Positions 59,939 through 64,000 of a stretch of 64,000 bases of DNA are shown here, one piece after another. Source of the DNA: Alphaproteobacteria bacterium (GTDB lineage: Bacteria > Pseudomonadota > Alphaproteobacteria > Rs-D84); assembly GCA_031549365.1 (NCBI GenBank), contig JAVBPX010000001.1, positions 96,001-160,000 of the forward strand. The letters run 5' to 3'. The notes under the pieces were generated by a model. That model was not told where the DNA came from. It was given only the letters and a program-made list of their open reading frames with translations, and ran no database searches. Position numbers and translations under genes: made by a program. Numbering within the stretch: position 1 is the stretch's first letter; each line of letters starts with the position of its first letter.

Positions 59939-61051
59939 TTATTTGTTATTTAATATAATTAATGGCACTTGCATTTCGGATGCTGTCCCGCCTGCATGTT
60001 CAGATGCTGGTGAGCCAAACTCTTCCCAAGCTTTTTGATTTTGATGCAATGATTTGTTTCCTATTCCAATTGCGACATAGTCCCCGATTGATTCATCTTC
60101 CAGCACTCTATTCTTGGCAGAATACCAGTGAAGGTAGTTTGTTTTAAAAGTTTCCTTATTGATCAGCAAAAAATCTTTCTCCGAAAATATTTCATAAAAT
60201 ATTCTTTCAAAGCTATTTTTAGCCTCTGGTTTTACGAAAAATTGTGTACAACGCGCCTCACATGAAATCGGCATTATCAGAGTGTCAGCAATACCCGTAA
60301 AATCTTCGATAAATAAGGGCAAAGTATCAATATGACCGTGATCAGCAGTTATGATGAATAATGTATCTGGGCAATTATTTTGCAAATTTATTATTGCATC
60401 TCGTATATTGCAGATACAATTTCTGGCTTCGCCAGACAAAATTCCGTGATCATGGTTAGTGCTATCTGGCTCCGGCCAATACGCGTATATGTAATTTTTA
60501 TTGGCATTTTTTGTATTTGCTATTTTTTCAATAGTTGAACACCATTTCTCAACTGTATTATGCTCTGGTGTAATAAACTGAGGCATAACCTCAAAAGCGC
60601 TCCATTCGGAAATATCATTGATTTGGTCAACAAGTAATGCTGGCATTTTTTCCAACGGAGGCTTCGTAAGATGAGATGATTCACCACTATAAAAGTCACA
60701 ATTAGTAAAATTTTCGACAATCTCTCCAGATTCTTTATAATATTGCGACCATCCCAATAACCCATGTGATACAGGCAACAGCCCCGTGCGCAAAGTTGTT
60801 GTGGCGGCAACCGTAGTAGAAGGAACTATTGTATCAATAGTATCATATTTGTTTTTATAAAAATAGTCTGTCACAGAATCGCTTAATACATCCAGCTGTT
60901 CTGTCCCCATTCCGTCTAGGACTATAAGAGCTATGTTTTTGTACACTTCCGATGACCACGAATTTATGATCATTGGATGCGACTCATAATTTGGACATAG
61001 TCCAACAATTTTTTGTATTGCAGATGTTATTGATGTTATATCGTATTTCAT
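59939..61051 (-). CDS. alkaline-phosphatase-superfamily nucleotide pyrophosphatase/phosphodiesterase
   Basis: LIVLDGMG, PSTT, EPDSTNHDHG, ITADHG, EHAG; probable start MKYDI. Confidence 0.85.
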   Translation of the reverse strand: MKYDITSITSAIQKIVGLCPNYESHPMIINSWSSEVYKNIALIVLDGMGTEQLDVLSDSVTDYFYKNKYDTIDTIVPSTTVAATTTLRTGLLPVSHGLLGWSQYYKESGEIVENFTNCDFYSGESSHLTKPPLEKMPALLVDQINDISEWSAFEVMPQFITPEHNTVEKWCSTIEKIANTKNANKNYIYAYWPEPDSTNHDHGILSGEARNCICNIRDAIINLQNNCPDTLFIITADHGHIDTLPLFIEDFTGIADTLIMPISCEARCTQFFVKPEAKNSFERIFYEIFSEKDFLLINKETFKTNYLHWYSAKNRVLEDESIGDYVAIGIGNKSLHQNQKAWEEFGSPASEHAGGTASEMQVPLIILNNK

Positions 61052-61183
61052 GAGGTACATATTAGCAATGACATATCTTGAAGTCAACCGCGTATTTGGT
61101 TGAAAGTTGAGCGGAATTCTAGTTTCGTGGGAATATTGGTTGTTTTTATGTTTTGGTAATGAATTTTCATTGTTATTTAAAAT

Positions 61184-61437
61184 AAATTCCCTGTTAGGGT
61201 TTTAGGGAATTTGGGGTGATGTGGGTAGTGGATGCCGCGGTGTGGTTGGGGTTGTGAATTTGGGACCAATTGGTAAAATGCGATTTTAGGGGCAAAACCA
61301 CAAAATTTCCCTGTAAATTCCCTGATGTTGTTTGTGTGATTAATTTTGCTGTGTGGAATCGCGTAACCTTGCGATGCACACATCAATTCCGTGCTAATAA
61401 CGCACGTCATTGTGTGTTTATATGCTCGGTTTCCCTG
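61184..61437. repeat. clustered (AAA)TTCCCTG motifs at the island right boundary
   Basis: AAATTCCCT(61184)-11 nt-AGGGAATTT(61212) inverted pair; direct copies at 61304, 61315 and 61431. Confidence 0.65.
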
Positions 61438-61714
61438 ATAATCGGTTGGATGTTGGTGGGGTGTTGGATTATTCGGGGAAATAATCGGGATAAGTGATTT
61501 ATGAGGTGTTTATCATGTTTAGTATGCTCTACACCAATAACATTTACACCTCCGCCAGAATTGGCCGTTTTATTTTTATCCGCGCGCGGCCCCGAAAACT
61601 CGCGGCTTTACTTTTTATTTTCACAGTGGTATGGTGATTTATATCAAAAATCTGCAGATTTGGTTCTCCTTACATACGATTACCATTTTTGCACTGTGAA
61701 CTTTGGGGGCTGTT

Positions 61715-62206
61715 ATGACCGCAACAATACATTTAGTACATGGTTTTATTGGGTTTGGAAAAACTACGATTGCGAAAAGATTGGCGCATGAATTGCCTAC
61801 GGTTATTCTGTCTGATGATGAATTTATGGTAAAATTATATGGCAATAATCCTCCTGCTGATTTATTTCGTGATTATTATAATCGTATAGATAATTTAATT
61901 TGGAATTTAGCAAAAGAGATTGTAAAAACTGGCGCAGATGTAATTATTGATTCCGGTTTTTGGAGTAAAGAAAGTCGTGCAACTGCATATAATCGCGCAA
62001 AAAATATTACAAAAAATGTAGTGTTTCACAACATTCAATGCAATATGGATATTGCCCGGCAACGAGCATTGGAACGGACAAAAATGAATTCCGGCGAATT
62101 GGCTGTGGATGAAAATACGTTTGATTTATTTAAAATTCAATTTCAACCAATTGATTCTGATGAAAATTATATAGTAATTAACCACGATAATAATATTAAA
62201 AAATGA
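61715..62206 (+). CDS. AAA_33-type P-loop kinase/ATPase
   Basis: GFIGFGKTT, LSDDE, IIDSGFW, R...R lid. Confidence 0.85.
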   Translation: MTATIHLVHGFIGFGKTTIAKRLAHELPTVILSDDEFMVKLYGNNPPADLFRDYYNRIDNLIWNLAKEIVKTGADVIIDSGFWSKESRATAYNRAKNITKNVVFHNIQCNMDIARQRALERTKMNSGELAVDENTFDLFKIQFQPIDSDENYIVINHDNNIKK

Positions 62207-62769
62207 AACAAGTAAAACGCTGTGAATGGTGCGGGACAGACCCACTATATGTTAAATACCACGATACCGAATGGGGACGTTTGGTAGATGACGACCAAAC
62301 AATGTTTGAATTTTTAACGTTGGAATCAGCCCAGGCCGGCTTATCATGGATAACCGTATTGCGCAAACGGGAAAATTATAGACAGGCTTTTGCAAATTTT
62401 GATGTGAATGCAGTTGCTAAATTTACTGACAAAGATGTCGAAAAATTAATGCAAAATAATGGCATCATTCGAAATCGCTTAAAAATCCGTGCAGCAATTA
62501 CAAATGCACAAAAATTTATTGAAATACAAAGGGAATTCAAAAGCTTTTGTAATTATATTCGCGGCTTTTTACCAAACGAAAAACCCATTGTAAATAAACC
62601 GAAATCATTATCCGACATCCCTGCCCGCTCAGAACTCTCCGACGCGATTTCAACGGACATGAAAAAACGTGGTTTTAAATTTTTCGGATCAACCATATGT
62701 TATGCACATTTGCAAGCAACCGGATACATAAATGACCATTTGGCTCATTGCTCGTTCCGCAACAATTAA
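62203..62769 (+). CDS. tag: DNA-3-methyladenine glycosylase I
   Basis: RCEW, YHDTEWG, ESAQAGLSW, IIRNRLKI, NDHLAHC. Confidence 0.96.
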   Translation: MKQVKRCEWCGTDPLYVKYHDTEWGRLVDDDQTMFEFLTLESAQAGLSWITVLRKRENYRQAFANFDVNAVAKFTDKDVEKLMQNNGIIRNRLKIRAAITNAQKFIEIQREFKSFCNYIRGFLPNEKPIVNKPKSLSDIPARSELSDAISTDMKKRGFKFFGSTICYAHLQATGYINDHLAHCSFRNN

Positions 62770-62815
62770 TACAATGTGCTTTTATTTTGCCGCAACATAA
62801 TGTATAATCGAGCCC

Positions 62816-63124
62816 ATGGGAATAAACAAAACATTATACATTATTATAACTTTTTTCGCTTTGTCCGCCTGTTCTCCATCGGTATTACAGGTTGGGAATC
62901 CCGAACAAAAGCCGACCGAACCAACACACACCGAAACAATTCGCCATTATTTTTGGGGGGCAATTGGAACAAACACAATTGATGCCGAAAAAATTTGCAC
63001 TGGGAATCATTTAAATTCAATAGAAACCAGCGATAACTTTGTAAATGGAATTTTAAACTTTTTCACTGGCGGAATTTACATGCCTGTTACTTATTCATTT
63101 TATTGCAATGCTGTAAAAATTTAA
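62816..63124 (+). CDS. Bor/Iss family lipoprotein
   Basis: Lipobox LSAC; HYFWG...IC...FVNG...GIYMP...YC. Confidence 0.85.
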   Translation: MGINKTLYIIITFFALSACSPSVLQVGNPEQKPTEPTHTETIRHYFWGAIGTNTIDAEKICTGNHLNSIETSDNFVNGILNFFTGGIYMPVTYSFYCNAVKI

Positions 63125-63756
63125 TTTTTTTGTTGTTTTTCTTTTGTTTTTTTAATTATTTTATTACAGGAAATGTATGTAATATCTGCAAAAACCATAC
63201 CTATGAATGCACCAACAATTACGTCGGACGGATAATGAGCCCCCACAATAACGCGCGATACACCCATTAATACAGCCAGAGTCCAGGTCAATGGTTTAAA
63301 TTTTTTGAATAATAATCCCAACATTACCATCCCTGCAAACGTTGCAACCGTGTGCCCAGAAGGAAAAGAATGGAACGCGTCCGAAAAAGTAAATGGATAA
63401 AAACCCGATTGCCCCAACGCATCGTAAAACATTGGTCGCATACGACCAAATCCAAATTTTAAAATCCATGCAAACGCAGACGCCGAAATCAATGACATCA
63501 TCACAAAAAATGCTGTTCTGGTTATTTTTTTGTTTTTTAAAATCCAACCAGCGATAAAACAAGACCCAACCACCAAAAACCAAATTTTGGCTGCGCCCAT
63601 TTGCGTACCTCTGTCCCATAAAATATTTTGATGTTCAATCATCCAAACATGTACCGGCAAATCCAGCCAAAATATACCCAAAACAGCCAAAATGCCGGAA
63701 ATCACAAACCCAACAACTATGTTTTTTATAGATAATTTATCATTTTTGATAAACAT
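63121..63756 (-). CDS. PAP2 family phosphatase
   Basis: KFGFGRMRP, SFPSGH, SRVIVGAHYPSD. Confidence 0.92.
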   Translation of the reverse strand: MFIKNDKLSIKNIVVGFVISGILAVLGIFWLDLPVHVWMIEHQNILWDRGTQMGAAKIWFLVVGSCFIAGWILKNKKITRTAFFVMMSLISASAFAWILKFGFGRMRPMFYDALGQSGFYPFTFSDAFHSFPSGHTVATFAGMVMLGLLFKKFKPLTWTLAVLMGVSRVIVGAHYPSDVIVGAFIGMVFADITYISCNKIIKKTKEKQQKN

Positions 63757-63775
63757 GGGATTCCCCTTCTCTCTA

Positions 63776-63982
63776 TTATGGAATCAATTTAATTAACGCG
63801 TCATAAACCTTTGGGTTTGAAAATATTTGCGCAACAACACCCTGGGTTAACAAATCTTCATCTTGGCCATTTGCAACTTCGGGACAACCACGACGAATTT
63901 TTTCAATACGCGATTGATCTGTTTCCGAATACCACGTTTCCAATCCTGTTTTGAAATCTTTGTTTAAAATGTTAACAAACAT
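63776..63982 (-). CDS. small hypothetical protein (may be the 3' end of a longer gene)
   Basis: 68-aa ORF co-oriented with the PAP2 gene at the window edge. Confidence 0.45.
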   Translation of the reverse strand: MFVNILNKDFKTGLETWYSETDQSRIEKIRRGCPEVANGQDEDLLTQGVVAQIFSNPKVYDALIKLIP

Positions 63983-64000
63983 AACTTCTTGCTGCTTTTG

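Larger units (their letters stand above)
51866..61559. mobile_element. tRNA-Ser-anchored genomic island, probably defective (no integrase seen)
   Basis: CTCCGCCAGA at 51866-51875 (tRNA 3' end) and 61550-61559; accessory cargo; repeated TTCCCTG motifs near the right end. Confidence 0.6.

Noticed and set aside
61177-61791. Short ORFs at the island right boundary as an integrase remnant
   Set aside because: No recombinase motifs in any listed frame; more likely non-coding att-flanking DNA

Overview
AT-rich chromosomal window from a bacterium with alphaproteobacterial-type housekeeping genes (dnaA/dnaN, parE, gatCAB, miaB, rpsT, recF, thrS, gltX, kdsB), probably a genome-reduced, anaerobically growing lineage (inference). 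The ~9.7 kb island after tRNA-Ser(CGA) (51866-61559, bounded by a 10-bp direct repeat, no integrase in view) is the most interesting part. It holds a TcmP/DUF5131/DUF488 module, a spirochaete-type class I LysRS and a convergent operon. That operon starts with a 73-nt CCA-ending non-canonical tRNA-like gene (6-nt anticodon loop, irregular acceptor/T junction, C discriminator), followed by a class II LysRS paralogue with an altered amino-acid pocket, an ALDH-fold protein lacking the general-base Glu, and a Pol-beta-type nucleotidyltransferase. It is a candidate dedicated tRNA/aaRS non-ribosomal pathway. Other notable items: a split class III RNR (58-aa glycyl-radical peptide missing from the ORF track), a YbeY-Lnt fusion, a DnaA with degenerate AAA+ motifs behind a ~160-nt structured leader, a possible (ACAAA)n phase switch, two intergenic palindrome families and several apparently leaderless genes. 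All assignments come from reading motifs by eye; no database searches were run.
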